DNA of 59,038 bases, filler included, from Circinaria calcarea (Eukaryota), in the NCBI GenBank assembly GCA_051942165.1. It is 3 parts of 3 records of this genome, joined end to end, with 100 filler letters (N's around TTAATTAATTAA, not from the genome) between each part and the next. Parts side by side here need not be neighbours in the genome. Positions count along the whole stretch, not along the records: positions 1 to 19,622 come from JAVECS010000198.1; 2 more parts are not named here. One strand, written 5' to 3'. The notes below the pieces were generated by a model. That model did not search any database, was not told the DNA's origin, and saw nothing but the letters and a program-made list of their open reading frames with translations. Below are positions 1 to 12,786 of the stretch, piece after piece (the stretch's first letter is position 1; each line of letters starts with the position of its first letter). Made by a program: the position numbers and the translations under genes.

Positions 1-263
1 CCTCTCGGTACGCTTGAGAAAAAAACATCGGAGCGAACTCCCTAAGATAACCGGCGTTTCGGCAGTTTACAACGACGGATAGATAGATATACATCCAAGG
101 AAGACAGTTTTGGTCGCACAAAAAGTTTCATTACTACCACAGAGCCTTCAGGCGCTAGCTAGCAACCGGCGGGGGGGGGGGCTTTGGAATGAGGATCTGC
201 TGATCGGGATTGCGGATTGAAAAAAACAAACAAAAAGGGGACGGAAATAGGGACTTTGCTGGA

Positions 264-1457
264 CTAAGCTGCCGCGGCGGCTTTTTCTTGGAGGTATCTC
301 TCTCTGTCCTGAATGAACGCGTCTTGATATTTCTGCAGCGATGAGAGGATTAGCCATAAGCCCTGTTGAATGAATAAGGGGGGGGGGGGGTTCGCAGGAG
401 TTCCAAACTGACCTGCTTTTCCGCATTGTCGAGCTCCTTCCACTCGTGTGCAATGAGACGGACTTTTTCTGTAGTGGCCATTCCTTTATAGTCTCCACTT
501 GCCATTCGGTCTCTGGAAAAGTGAATAAAATTGGAGAGTGGCCGTCGGATCTGTCTGTCGTCGTGCCCGAGCAGATCGGTTTTAAATCTTCTTTTAATGC
601 CTAGTCGCGCCATCTTCTTGTGGGCGTTGTGCGCTTTGTGGATCTCTTCCGGTGTGTAGGATTTGATCCATTCGCGCAAGGCCTCTTCGCCCTTGGCTTT
701 GTTTGTATTGGCGATGTGGTTATAGTGCTGTGTTACTTGGTTAGGGCGACGCTTGGGAATTCAGGGTGTTGTTCCTTACCTCGAGCTCTTCAGGTATCAG
801 ATTCTTGTACTTCTCGGATGCAATCTTGGCGCTTGTTGGGAGGTCAGTCTTGCCCTCCTTGATTTGTTCTGCCAAGACGACCTGGAAGGCGGTGGTCATG
901 AGGCCTTTGGGAGGCTTTAAGGCCGTTTTCTTAAGCTCTTTGATCTGTTCTCTCTTTGCTTTCGCGGCGGCTGCCGATTTTTGCTCTTCCGTCAAAGCTT
1001 TCCTTCCTCTGCGTTTGGGTGCAGGTTTCACCTTTGGCTCCTTGGCCGCTGGCTCCTTGGCCTTTGGCTTCTTGACCTTTGTTTTCTTGGTCGCTTTCGG
1101 TTTTGGACTTGCCTTGGCTCGGGGCTTCGCTACCTTTTTTGCTGCTGTGTCTGGTAAACCCTCGGTAGTTTTGGTAACGGTCTTAGGTTTTGTCTTCCGG
1201 GGGGAACTGGTTGTTCGTCCCGTGTGGGCCTTGGGCCTCGACACAGGTTTGCTTTTGTGAGCGCGTTGAGGAGCTGGTATGGCTATGTCGACCTGAACTG
1301 GTTGAGAGGGGCTTACGGACGCCTCGGTGCTATAGGCTGCGGATACGCGTTGACATACTGTCGGAATTGCAATTGAGGCGACGCGGTGTTTAACTGTATA
1401 TGTTGCAGTTGGGTATAGTCGCACTAACACTCGTCCTGCCCGTGCGATCATGGTCAT
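264..1457 (-). CDS. HMG-box protein, probably mitochondrial nucleoid (Abf2/TFAM-like); exons 1457-780, 727-413, 332-264
   Basis: Arg-rich non-acidic N-terminus, Lys/Ala/Pro-rich linker, two HMG-like boxes (AFQV...SEKYKNL; RRPLSNFIHF...AHEWKEL...KYQD). Introns GTAAGG..CTAAC..CAG and GTCAGT..GCTAAT..CAG join the frames. Confidence 0.85.
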
Positions 1458-1992
1458 GGTCAATGATATACACCCAATTGGTATTCAAAAGTGGTTCATA
1501 ATATTCCACAGGTCACGAAAGCGAAAGGAGAAACTCCCAAGGTACGTACTTTTCAACGAGCTTCGGTCGCGTGGTTGGTGCAGGAGAAACGAGGAGGCTG
1601 GAAATCACGCACGGACGGGAAAGCTTGGGCTTCGCTGACTCCGCTAGCGAAGGGCTGAAATTAACATCTTCGCTCGTGGTCGAAAGCGATACTATTATCA
1701 AGTGGTGTCAGCCGTTCCACCGCGTATGCCGGAGTACATGCACCGCTGCTCAGCTGTCTGTTCTCTGGAATAGGCTCAGTTCTCTGTGGGGACTCGCTGT
1801 TCAGTCGACTGAAATAAATCCTTTCGTCTACTCCCCGACCTCTGTCCACTTGAGCAAAAGTTCACGACCTTGAGTGATAATCCTGTGTGAAAGGAAAAGG
1901 TTCAACCCGTATACGTTACACAGCCCTCGATACCTAGACTTTGACTATCGGCCTGTCATTGCTGAAGTAGAACTCACCAATATAGATTGGCT

Positions 1993-4900
1993 ATGGCTCG
2001 CCACGGGGATACTCGCTCACCGTCGCCAGTAGGTAGTTCTTACTCCTCGTCAAAACGAGCCCGGCGACTAGACGATCAATACGAAAGAAGTAGGAGAGAT
2101 GATGGGAGAAGCTACAAACGGCGAAGCCGCTCACGAAGCCCTGATGTACGTCATGTTGGAAGTCACAATTGTCGAATAGATGCTTACAGTGCCGTGCAGC
2201 GGCGTTACCGGGATCGAGACTTCCATCGGCGTCGCGATCGATCTACAGATCGGCGAGATGAGGACTATTATCGATCCAGCCGGAGAGATAGATCGCGGGA
2301 CCGGAGGAAGTCAAGAGATCGCGATGTTGTAAAGGACTATCGACGTAGAAGTCGGGAGAGAGACACTCGAGACAGGCGAGATACCTCTCGTGACCGCACA
2401 AGAAGGCGCCGTGATGGATCTACTGACTCTAAGAGGGCTGGTAGAAGAGAAGACAGTAGGGATAGGACATCTTCTAGGATAGCAGGCGCAGATAAGAGAG
2501 AGGTACGTTGTGGATGTGCCCATTTTGAATTCTAATTGTAAACTCAAAATGCTGACTCTGCGCAGCCAGCAAAGCCTGCTCCTCCTGCCGGCCCAACCGA
2601 GGAAGAGAAGAAGGCGGAACGACTAGCTAAACTAGAAGCATGGAAGCAGAAGCAGGCCGCTGAGAAAGAACGAAAACAAATGGAGCTTGACAGCGCTGGT
2701 GCGACCCGCAGTCTACTCGATGAGATTGATAAGAAAGCAGCCGGTTCGCCTGCAGTGGTGTCTCCACCGTCACCTGCGATTACCCCCGATGAAGTTGCTT
2801 CTCCTGTTCCTTACGCTGGTAAATTCGACCCTAAAGCTATAGCAAAGAAAGCGACCAGTAGCTCGACGGGAGTGGTCAAACTCGGAACAGACATTGCATT
2901 GCCAGAAACTGCCAAATCGTCCGCTACCTTGAACTCTACGCGTGCTGGTTTGAAGGCTGACAAGTCATTAGCACTAGCAAACCCCCTTTCTTGTAAGTGC
3001 AACTTAACCTCGCCAAGGGAGGCATTGCTGACCTTGCCTTTTCAAGCAACAGCTCCTGCAGCACCACTGAAAGCTCGAGGCAATGTCAGTGGCTTCGGAC
3101 TGGCTGCCAAGAATGCTGCTGAGGCAGACAAACCGTCATCTAAACGAGCTCTTGAATTCGAAGAAGAAGAAGGTTCGCGGAAGAAATTGGAGAAGCTACC
3201 AACCCCTCCCTTAGAGAACGGTAATCTGGATGAAGGAGTTGCTCTGGCTAACGGTACCAAGGAAGAGGACGACGAGGACGAAGATGTGGACATGCAAGAC
3301 GCTGGCACAGAAGAAGAGACCGCTGCTGCTGCTAGAGCCGCGGCTGAGAAACGCGAGGAACGTCTACAGGCGCAAAGCCTTGCTTACCAGGCTGGTGAAG
3401 AGCCAGATGTGACTGTTAATGGTAAGATCGAGACAAACGGTGATGTCTTAATGGATGAAACAACAAAGGAGTCAGCAGTTGAAACTACTGTAGAAATGCA
3501 AGAGGACGAGGAGGAGGCAGACCCACTTGATGCATTCATGACTGGACTAGGAGACCCATCTACCGCACAAAATCCAACGAATAGCCTGAAAATCACCAAG
3601 AAGAAGGCCCAGCAGGCCGAGGCAATGTTCGGGGACGATGAGGTTGATCTCAAGACACTAGATGCAGACCCAGACGATATTCTTGCCATGGCAAGTAAGC
3701 GAAAGAAGAAGGACTTGCCAGTGACGAATCATGCGAAGATGGCTTACGAACCCTTCCGAAAGAGTTTCTATCACGAGCCTCCTGAGCTAAGTGACATGAC
3801 CGAGGAGGAAGTTGCAGATCTCAGATTGCAGCTTGACGGTATTAAAATCCGAGGAGTAGACGCTCCAAAACCCGTACAGGAATGGTCACAGTGTGGTTTG
3901 GGTGCACAATCCTTTGCTGTTATCAAAAATCTTGGGTATGAGAGACCGTCAGCTATTCAAACACAGGCTATCCCATCCATCATGTCCGGACGTGACGTTA
4001 TTGGCGTTGCAAAGACGGGCTCAGGCAAAACCATTGCGTTCCTTCTCCCCATGTTCCGACATATCAAGGACCAACGACCTTTAGACAACTTGGACGGCCC
4101 CATAGGTCTTGTTATGACCCCTACTCGTGAATTGGCAACCCAGATCCACAAGGAGTGTAAGCCGTTTCTGAAGGCGCTCAACCTCCGAGCTGTTTGTGCT
4201 TATGGGGGTGCACCAATCAAGGATCAGATTGCCGACTTAAAGCGTGGAGCTGAAATCATTGTATGCACTCCTGGCCGGATGATCGACCTACTGGCGGCTA
4301 ATTCGGGTCGGGTCACTAATCTTCGTCGGGTAACATATGTGGTGCTAGATGAGGCAGATCGTATGTTCGATATGGGGTTCGAACCTCAAGTCATGAAAAT
4401 CCTTGCGAATATTAGACCGGATCGACAGACCGTCCTATTTTCTGCCACCTTTCCTCGACAGATGGAGGCCCTGGCACGCAAGACATTGTCTAAACCAGTG
4501 GAGATCGTCGTCGGTGGCCGTAGTGTGGTTGCACCCGAAATCACTCAGATTGTCGAAGTCCGCTCTGAGGAAACCAAGTTTCTTCGTCTACTGGAGCTCC
4601 TGGGCAATCTTTACATGGACGATAAGAACGAGGATGATCGAGCGCTAATTTTCGTCGACCGCCAAGAGTCAGCGGACAGTTTGCTAAAAGATCTTATGCG
4701 GAAAGGGTACCCGTGCATGTCCATACATGGAGGTAAGGATCAAATTGATAGGGACTCTACAATTGAGGATTTCAAGGCTGGTGTGGTCCCGATCATGATC
4801 GCAACTTCAGTAGCCGCCCGTGGTTTAGATGTTAAGCAGTTGAAGCTGGTAGTTAACTATGATGCGCCGAATCATCTTGAGGACTACGTCCACCGTGCTG

Positions 4901-5834
4901 GCCGTACAGGACGTGCCGGAAACATTGGGACAGCTGTTACTTTCATAACTGAAGAGCAAGAACGATATTCCAAGGATATAGCCAAAGCCTTAAGGGAGAG
5001 TGGTCAAGAAGTTCCTGAAGATGTCCAAAAACTTGTTAACAGGTTCATGGAGAAGGTTAAAGAGGGCAAAGAGAAAATATCTGGTTCAGGGTTTGGAGGT
5101 AAGGGGCTCGAGCGTCTCGACCAAGAACGTGATGCAGCTCGCAATCGTGAGCGGAAAACATACAAAACCGGCGAGGAGGGTGAAGAGGATGAAAAGGAGG
5201 ACAACAAGAAAGACAAAGATGATGATCTCGTGGCCAAGGCTGCTTCTGTTGTCCAGTCAGCTTCTGCTCCGACACCCTTGGTTGGCGTTCCCAAAGGTAT
5301 CGACCTGGACGGGAAGATCACTGTTCACAAGACGGAGACTCCAGTTGGGGGAACGTCAAAGAATCCGCTGGACAAAGTAAGCCAAGCCGTTGCGAACATT
5401 CATACCCGGCTCAACAACACCAAAGTCCTCCGCCAAGGTGTGCCAATCGATAATAAAGGACCTGACGCGGGTGCTTTCCATGCTACCCTGGAGATTAACG
5501 ATTTCCCTCGTAAGTTCCACCCCGAAATGTTGATCAAGTACGCTGCTAATTTTTCGCAGAGAAAGCTCGGTGGGCCGTCACTAACCGTACTAACGTTGCA
5601 AAGATCCTCGAGGCCACGGGTACTTCCATTACTACAAAAGGAAGCTTTTACGCTGCTGGTAAAGAACCTCAAGTCGGCGAAAATCCCAAACTTTACATAC
5701 TCGTGGAAGGTGATACTGAGGTAGTCGTGACCAATGCCATGAGAGAACTCATGCGATTATTGAAGGAAGGCACTATTGCAGCAGCTGACAGCGACGCAAG
5801 GGCACCGGCAAGCGGTCGATATAATGTTGTCTGA
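1993..5834 (+). CDS. PRP5: Pre-mRNA-processing DEAD-box helicase Prp5 (DDX46), about 5 exons
   Basis: RS/RD-rich N-terminus, DPLDAFM motif, [40 protein letters not shown]-like C-terminus ending GRYNVV after the intron near 5510-5559. Confidence 0.96.
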
Positions 5835-5996
5835 AGGTTATGAACATAGTACTGCATTTCGGCCAGACACTATTGCATTAAATATCTCGATTCAACACCA
5901 TGTCGAGTCTAGATCACATTCAATAAATGCCATGTACTCGTTACAATTCCAATATCCAAATCCCGCGCCTGTATTCTTGCCATAAAAGCTCTCTCC

Positions 5997-6588
5997 TTAG
6001 TTCCAATTCCTCGCCTCCGCTCCCTCATCGGCGTCCCTCCTTCTCCTCTCCTCCCTGCTCGCTTCCCCCAACGTACTCGTCCTCGTCTGCTGCTTCCCCT
6101 TTGCCAACTCCCTGCCCAACTTCCCCTTGGGCTGATTCGCACGCGCCGCTCTTTCCTGTCAAAAAACCATACTCGTCAGCGCGCTGCCCCATGCAAACAT
6201 GTATCCCTCATCACCGCAACCAGAAAAATCTCCCCCGACTTGCATGGGCGAGCCACACCGTGCTGAGCCTGTGGTGCGTCATGCCCATGTCTCACAGCAG
6301 AAATCCAGTCATGTTCACCCCTCTCCCGCCAATGCGAATGGGGGCAGAGCAATCTACCTGTGCTGCTTTGGCCGCGGCTTGCCGAGCATCAGATCCCCCT
6401 TCTGCTGATGTGGGCGCAACGGCGCCACTACCACTGCTACCGAGGGGCCGACCGGGGCTTTGGCTGCTGATCTTTGGCGGGAGGGATGAGCGGGCTGCCG
6501 GGGGACTGCTACCGACAATGCGGCCGGGCTGGGCGAAGGGATCGGAGGTTTTGGCAGAGGAGGAGGATTTCCCGCAGAGGTTGCCCAT
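5997..6588 (-). CDS. Small putatively N-myristoylated/palmitoylated protein (SVIP-like); exons 6588-6358, 6155-5997
   Basis: MGNLCGK N-terminus; spliced frame gives ARQAAAKAAQERAARANQPKGKLGRELAK...EARNWN*; intron GTAGAT..GCTGAC..CAG. Confidence 0.75.
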
Positions 6589-6852
6589 GTTTGGATGGAG
6601 TGCGATTGTAGGGGGAAATGTGGGGGAGATGGGGGTGAGAGTGGTGAGGGTGGTGAGGTGGGAGATATATAGTAGAGGCCTGGAGGGATAGCGGGGTTAT
6701 GATCGTAACTGGAAGAGTCTGTTAGCAGTGGATTTTTCGGTTATGCCTTTTGAACTGGCAGATAGCATGTAGGTCAGTACACACTGGCTGGCAACGGCTT
6801 TAGAGATAAATGGTGGAATATCTTGGATTATTTCTGGCCCCTGGCCCTCGAA

Positions 6853-6937
6853 TACGAATGCGAGTTACGAGTGCGAGGCGCAATAGCTTCCACGCCTTGT
6901 AAGGCTACGTGGCTTGACCAGTACGCCTTGTAGGGCT
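6853..6937. repeat. Short direct repeats in the divergent promoter: TACGARTGCGAG x2 and ACGCCTTGTARGGCT x2
   Basis: 6853-6864/6866-6877 and 6892-6906/6923-6937 (14/15 identical), read directly. Confidence 0.6.
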
Positions 6938-7338
6938 GAATTTGAGCACCCGCTTGGCTCCGTTTCTTCTGGAATGACGATTTTTATCTTTCAATTGGCA
7001 ACATTGTGTCTCCATACCTTCAATACTACGACAGGCTTCGGTGTTTTCTACCAGTCATTTATTTTCTTTGCTCTACACGCAGCAGTCCTTACAGGTTTAC
7101 ATTCGCAACTAGCACCGCCTCCGAGCTTTTATATCATTCTACACTGATGGAAATACCACCATTGAACCTACCATTTGCGGATGTAACTAAGTGGAAGCTT
7201 TTTATCTTAGGACTCAGATCTTAAGCACTGGTCATTCAAGCTCCTCTTGCATTCTATTCTTTTTTCTACCACAACGACCGGGTCCACTTCACCTTGAAGG
7301 CTTGCGCTTGAGCTCTTAACCCTCGCTACATCTACACC

Positions 7339-9630
7339 ATGGATAGTTACTTGGTAGAGCCGTTTGGTCTTTCCAAAAAAAGACTCAAATCTTCTATACG
7401 AAGTGGAACGGGACATCTGGATTTTCAGTTGCCGCCAGATCCTGCGTTGAGCATGTCCGACAACCCCCCCGGCTATCCAGTCAGCATGTCTTCAGGCGGC
7501 ACACCCTTACATTTTGACTCACAGTCGTCTGGTGTCCTGCCGATGATGCCAGCTTACGGATACACAAATCATAGCTCTCTCGAAGCCTTGGGTTCGGCGG
7601 CTACACTACCTCCTCGAGCTGTATCTGTTTCTGCTCTGAATTCGTCAACCTGGTCACAGACCTTTATGCCAACCCATACATCATCGACGACAGCGCCAGC
7701 TCCTTCCACATCCTACCCCAGCAATATGATACGAGCATGGCCCTCGAACTCTCCACAGGATCCAGATCCCCAGCAAGCAGCTCAGGTACTTGCAGCAATG
7801 GCCGCTACATCGTTACCTGATTCCGAGCAGTATAAACTCGACAATGGCAACTCGATTCCAGATATACCAGCTGTGCCAGAAGATCTCCATACAACCCCGT
7901 TAATGCAGTTTCAAGAGATTCAGGAGCAAGAGGCTTCTTGGGCATCATTCACCAACCCTTATACAGCGAAAGTCATCTTCCCATGTGTCACTGAATGTGA
8001 TGAGGACGATTGTTCCAGTGTCTGCTCTGAACCTGATTACTGCGAGCCTGGCTGTATCGACACTTGTAACGTGGGGACTGTATGCAGCGATCCTTGTCTA
8101 GATACTCTCTGTGAAGATGTCACCTGTGTCGAAGGAGTTACAGTATCAAAGCAAAAGGATTCATACCTTACGGCGAGCACAGAAGCAAATCTGAATGGCG
8201 GCCTGTCCCACTTGGCCAACTCGCAGTGTCTATGGGTTTCAGATAACGGATATTGTAGGACAATGTTACCGAGTCCAGGGGCATTAGTACAACACGTCTT
8301 CAAGGATCACATTGAGCCTCAAACAGCACAACTCTGTCCTTACGAATGTGGCGCAACAATAGACCGCGGAGAGATCATTCAACACATGTCACGCGAGCAT
8401 GCTTATATGTGTTTTGAATACGGATGCGATTTTCAGAGTACAGATTATGAACACCTCTCCCAGCACGTCAAAACCGCCCATTCTCGATCAAGGAATGCGG
8501 AATGTCATTGGGATGAGTGCTCTGTAACTGCGGTGGATTCATATGAGCTGAATGGCCATGTCGTTGCAGAGCATCTCACTATACCCTCTTGTCTGACTGA
8601 AGTAGCCGCCCCGCCTAGTATCGTTAGCTCACCTGCCAAAGTTAGTGAGCTGGTACCTATTGCGAGAGAAGGAGACGAAAGCTTTCATAGTCCTATCACA
8701 AATCCAAAGCCTGTGAGCTCAATTGCGTTGCCGACGCCGTCAAGCAATGATGGGAAGAAAGTCTGCTGCTGGATCACCCATGACAATCCTACAGATATCT
8801 GTGGAATGGCTTTTGACAAGCCTAATGATTTACAGGATCACGTCGAGAAAACACATGTTCAGCCACTGATGGGTCCAGAGGCAAAATTATGCCAATGGAA
8901 GGAATGCAGTAAATTGAAGCACCCTTTCAAACACAAGGCAAAGTTAAAGGTTCACCTAAGATCGCATACTGGATGTACGGAATATCAAGTTCTATGCCGT
9001 CTTGATCATCTCAACCTTTTCCCATCTTACTGACATTTGAATAGATAGAGGAGCCGAGTGCTCTGTCTGCAAAAAGGAGTATGCGAACAATGACACTCTA
9101 AAAGCACATATGCGTACGCATACGAACGAGAAGGCCTTCAAGTGCGAGACTTGCAACAAAAGCTTCAACAATAACGGTAGCTTGAGTAAGAAACTTCTCA
9201 ACCTCTTCCTTGTCTACAGTATCTTACTCAGGGGACATCATGGGAATTTTACAGCTGACTCAAAGTCCAGCCACCCACATCAGAGTCATCCATACGAACG
9301 AGAGACACCTCAAGTGCGAAGTGTGCGGTCTGGAATCTGCAGATGTAAACAGCCCATCAGCCCCTCGTGTCTACCAGCATCAAACCGCTAATAAGTTTGT
9401 AGTCCTCCAACTTCTCCAAGCACAAGAAAAGTCCGTCGAGTTCGCTTGCAACTCTCCGTCAGGTTTTAGGACTAACATATCAAGCAGTTCACCGTCCGAA
9501 TACCTTTTTCTGTCACATCTGCAATAAGAATTGCAACAAGGCTTCCAATCTGAAACGGCACATGGAGATTCATGCGTCGGAGACGACGTCGACGGGACGC
9601 AAGCGGTCGCGTTGTGCTGTGGTAGCGTAA
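7339..9630 (+). CDS. Multi-C2H2 zinc-finger transcription factor, Zap1/ZafA-like, 5 exons
   Basis: CW-type fingers (CLW, CHWDEC, CCWI, CQWKEC) and canonical C-terminal fingers across introns (CSVC..HMRTH, CETC..HIRVIH, CEVC, CHIC..HMEIH); Cys/acidic tract 7984-8127; stop TAA 9628-9630. Orthology to Zap1/ZafA is inferred. Confidence 0.8.
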
Positions 9631-9857
9631 GAGAGGTGCTTTGATTTCTAGAGATGCTTGAGGCTTATTGTGATGATTGGTTGATGGACGAATTCAAGAG
9701 TATGGCGCTTTGATTCGGATGTGAATTAAAGAGTCGATAAATAAATGATGGAAAAGTGGATGATGCACCGTGACGGTGTCTCCAGGCAAGCGATGCCCCA
9801 TCCTGAGGAAGAAAATAAATAAAAATTTAATAAGCAAGACTGACTAATATACAAGAA

Positions 9858-10781
9858 TCATCCTTCAGTCAAGCCTTCTATCTTCGCCGCGGCCTTTCCG
9901 GCCAACACTCTCGACTCTTCACCCAATTCCCCCTGCTCCTCAGCCCAGCGGAATCTTTTACACCAAAGCTCCCATCTCCCACGGCTAAAACCCGGCGCAC
10001 CCTTCCAGAATTCTGTTTGAACCTCCAACGCCTTGGCCCAATAGTCCGAGAGCCCGCTATTCCCAACCGTAAAGAGTACGTCAGCTGCATGTAAAACCCA
10101 CTGTGCCGCAACCGAGACATCCAACGCATAGACCTCTGCCGGACTCAACAACGCTCTTCCACCCGACCTCGCCGCACCCTGCTCCTCCCACTTTCCATTT
10201 TCCAGCGCGTCCCGGCATGCAATAAATCCCCACACCGTCTCCACCTGCTCGAAGCGCGCCGCAACCATCTTCGCCGAAAACTCGCAGAAGTTCACAAACT
10301 GCACGCCAGCAGGTACGGCGGCTGGATCATTGGCGAGCCGTTCCTTCTCCCCCGACATACCGCTGTCTCGCCACGCGCGCAACATGTCGTGCTTGGAGCG
10401 CCATTCCGCGCCGAAACGGGGGAGGGAGCGCCAGTTGAGCCGGCTTGAGGCTTCAGGGCTGGTGGTAGAGCTGGAGGTAAGATCCTGGCCGTTGCTGCGT
10501 GGAGGACTTGGCTCGAGGCTAGGTATGTCGCGGATTGCGTGAAGCAGGTCGATAAGGGGGGCGTGATGACGAGGCGTCGAGGCGGCGGCGGAGAAGACCG
10601 CGCCCCAGAGATGCCAGAGGGCTTCGTTAATGTTGGCCGAGTTTGAGACGCTGGAGGTGAGGAGCGAGGCAGTAGCAGTGGGGGAGAGGGTCTGAGAGAA
10701 GAGGCTATCGAGGGTGGAAGAAAGGGAAAGGGTGGGTGGTGGTTGGGCGGGACTTTGAGAGAGAGGAGGCGAGGAGGACAT
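9858..10781 (-). CDS. DUF3632-family hypothetical protein
   Basis: Single 307-aa ORF with LNWRSLPRFG, FVNFCEFSAK, ACRDALE, AAQWVLHA, GFSRGRWELW motifs typical of the family. Confidence 0.8.
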   Translation of the reverse strand: MSSSPPLSQSPAQPPPTLSLSSTLDSLFSQTLSPTATASLLTSSVSNSANINEALWHLWGAVFSAAASTPRHHAPLIDLLHAIRDIPSLEPSPPRSNGQDLTSSSTTSPEASSRLNWRSLPRFGAEWRSKHDMLRAWRDSGMSGEKERLANDPAAVPAGVQFVNFCEFSAKMVAARFEQVETVWGFIACRDALENGKWEEQGAARSGGRALLSPAEVYALDVSVAAQWVLHAADVLFTVGNSGLSDYWAKALEVQTEFWKGAPGFSRGRWELWCKRFRWAEEQGELGEESRVLAGKAAAKIEGLTEG

Positions 10782-11074
10782 GGCTGATTAGGTGGAGGGA
10801 GAAGATCGAGGTGAGGGGTAGAGACAACGTGTTGATGGTAATGAAGGAGGACAGAGAAGACGAGGGTAGGGTCGGATCGTAGATATTTCTTATGAAGTGT
10901 CTGAGGGTGTGGGTAGAACAGGAATGCGTAGCTTGTGGTTCTTTGGAAGGGAAATCAACGAGAGAGAAGGGCGTCCGGTCGTGGTATATAGAGAAAGGCA
11001 GCACACCATTCTCAGCATTCAAATAACGCAACCGTGGGCGTGCAAGAATGTTCTCCTCTGCAAACCCCTATGAT

Positions 11075-11249
11075 CGGCTCTATCCCTTAAGCTGTCCTTC
11101 TGACGGAACGAACCGTGCACGATACCGGGGTTTTCGGGCACCACGAAATTCTTAATTCTGGCCAATCAGCGGAGAAGAAATGCCCATTTAGATAGTAATC
11201 TGTGCGGGGGAACGTTGCGTCAGAAGGACAGCCTGAAGGGATAGAATCG
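11075..11249. mobile_element. MITE-like/fold-back element with ~32-50 bp terminal inverted repeats
   Basis: TCTATCCCTTAAGCTGTCCTTCTGACGGAACG (11079-11110) is a near-perfect reverse complement of CGTTGCGTCAGAAGGACAGCCTGAAGGGATAGA (11213-11245); non-coding interior. The inverted repeat is certain, mobility is inferred. Confidence 0.6.
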
Positions 11250-12786
11250 CCTTGGTTTACGGCACGGCACGGGTTGACAGCGTCATACGGTAGGATTTCG
11301 GAGAGCAGTTAACTGTTGCATGCAGATACTGGTACGTAAGCACAAAGGGGGCGAGTTCATGCCTCCCACGCACATGTATCAGAGCATAATAAGTAAGTAG
11401 TATGCCTCGTGGTCGCCTTTTGGTTGACATGCGTCATATAGTAAATGGGTTTCGAATCCCTCGGCAGTGATATCCCTGAAGGGTGTTGGCCCGGAACAAT
11501 CGTGCCCCACGAATGGGATGACGGCGCCGATGCCCTTCAATGCGGTGGGACTGGGTTCGGTCAGGGATAGTACAAACAGGAATGAACAGCCGGAAGGTCT
11601 TATCCCTCGTTGCTTTATAAAATTTGTCTCTGTACGCCTAATCGTATCTACTCTAAACTATCTACGCTCTGTAAACGTTTATTCTAATGTGAGAAGGTAG
11701 AATAATCATCCGCATTTGCATCAACACACTAACAGTTCACTGTCGGTTCTAATATCCCCTTAGCTTGGTAGTTTTTTTTGGTTCTATCAAATGAAACGAC
11801 TATAGTTCTGTTTTCACAATATATTCCGCCCTCGGTTATCTTCCAATGCTTAACCCTCCATTCTCATTTTTAATGCTCCTCCCTCCCTCCGTCCCCTTCC
11901 ACGGTCACCTATCCAGTCGTAACGCCAAGGAATGAAAGGTCGACTTCAACCATATGCAGTCAGCAGGCGCGAGACTTGAATTTTTCAAGGATTCTCGAGG
12001 AATCGCCGTAGCAACTCATTTTTCATCTTCCCCCTCCCGCTCCACTACTTCGGCACCCATTCAGCCTCAACGCAAGGTAATGGCTCCCACGATGATCTTT
12101 ATGCAATTTGCAGCCTTGACTCTTGAGTTGCCTAAGGATACCTATGGCATGACCCTAGCAACTGACTCAGTCGCTATACAATGCTTCTATCTACAATCTT
12201 TACTAGGCTATGCCGTCATCCCCATCGCCCTGGCCTCCGAAATCCACGCCATCATCCTTAGAAATGCCTTTACCTAACAGCAGCTTCCGACTGGACCGTT
12301 ACTGATGCCGCCGCAGCTGAACATCATGCAGTCATCCTACGAGAGTCTAAAAGTTGATCTCCATTCTGATTGCGGGTCGTGATTAGATGACGATCAAAGG
12401 TCACGTTGTAGGTAAGCAATGGCAAGTGGAGACAACGACGGGCGAAGGTAATGCCTAGGAACGGTGATCGGTGATCGAAATCTGTTTCAGGTTGGGAATC
12501 TCTCATGGCAAGGAAGTGAAAAGATCTGCTCATAAGATCCAGCTGGTTATGTCCTTCTAAAACGCTCAGCCTCACAGGAATCTGTAGAGAACTGGTCCAA
12601 GGAGATTTGGGTTGGTGATCGGTGATCTCTTCTTGCTTTGGGAATACTATAAAGTCTCCCACTTTTCCCCTTTTCTGAGGCATTCATTAGCACTGCAAAA
12701 GCGGTTTCTCCTTCTTTTGTTAAGCTTAACAACGCAAACATCAAGTCCTTCCTCATCTTTTTCCAGAAAATCGAAGCCTCCCAACG

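Noticed and set aside
766..1260. 164-aa hydrophobic ORF on +
   Set aside because: Antisense shadow of the Lys/Ala-rich HMG gene.
5927..6691. 254-aa ORF on +
   Set aside because: Antisense to the spliced myristoylated-protein gene; low complexity, no motifs.
11402..11466. tRNA/SINE-like head (GGGTTTCGAATCCC)
   Set aside because: B-box has an extra base and I cannot build D and anticodon arms.
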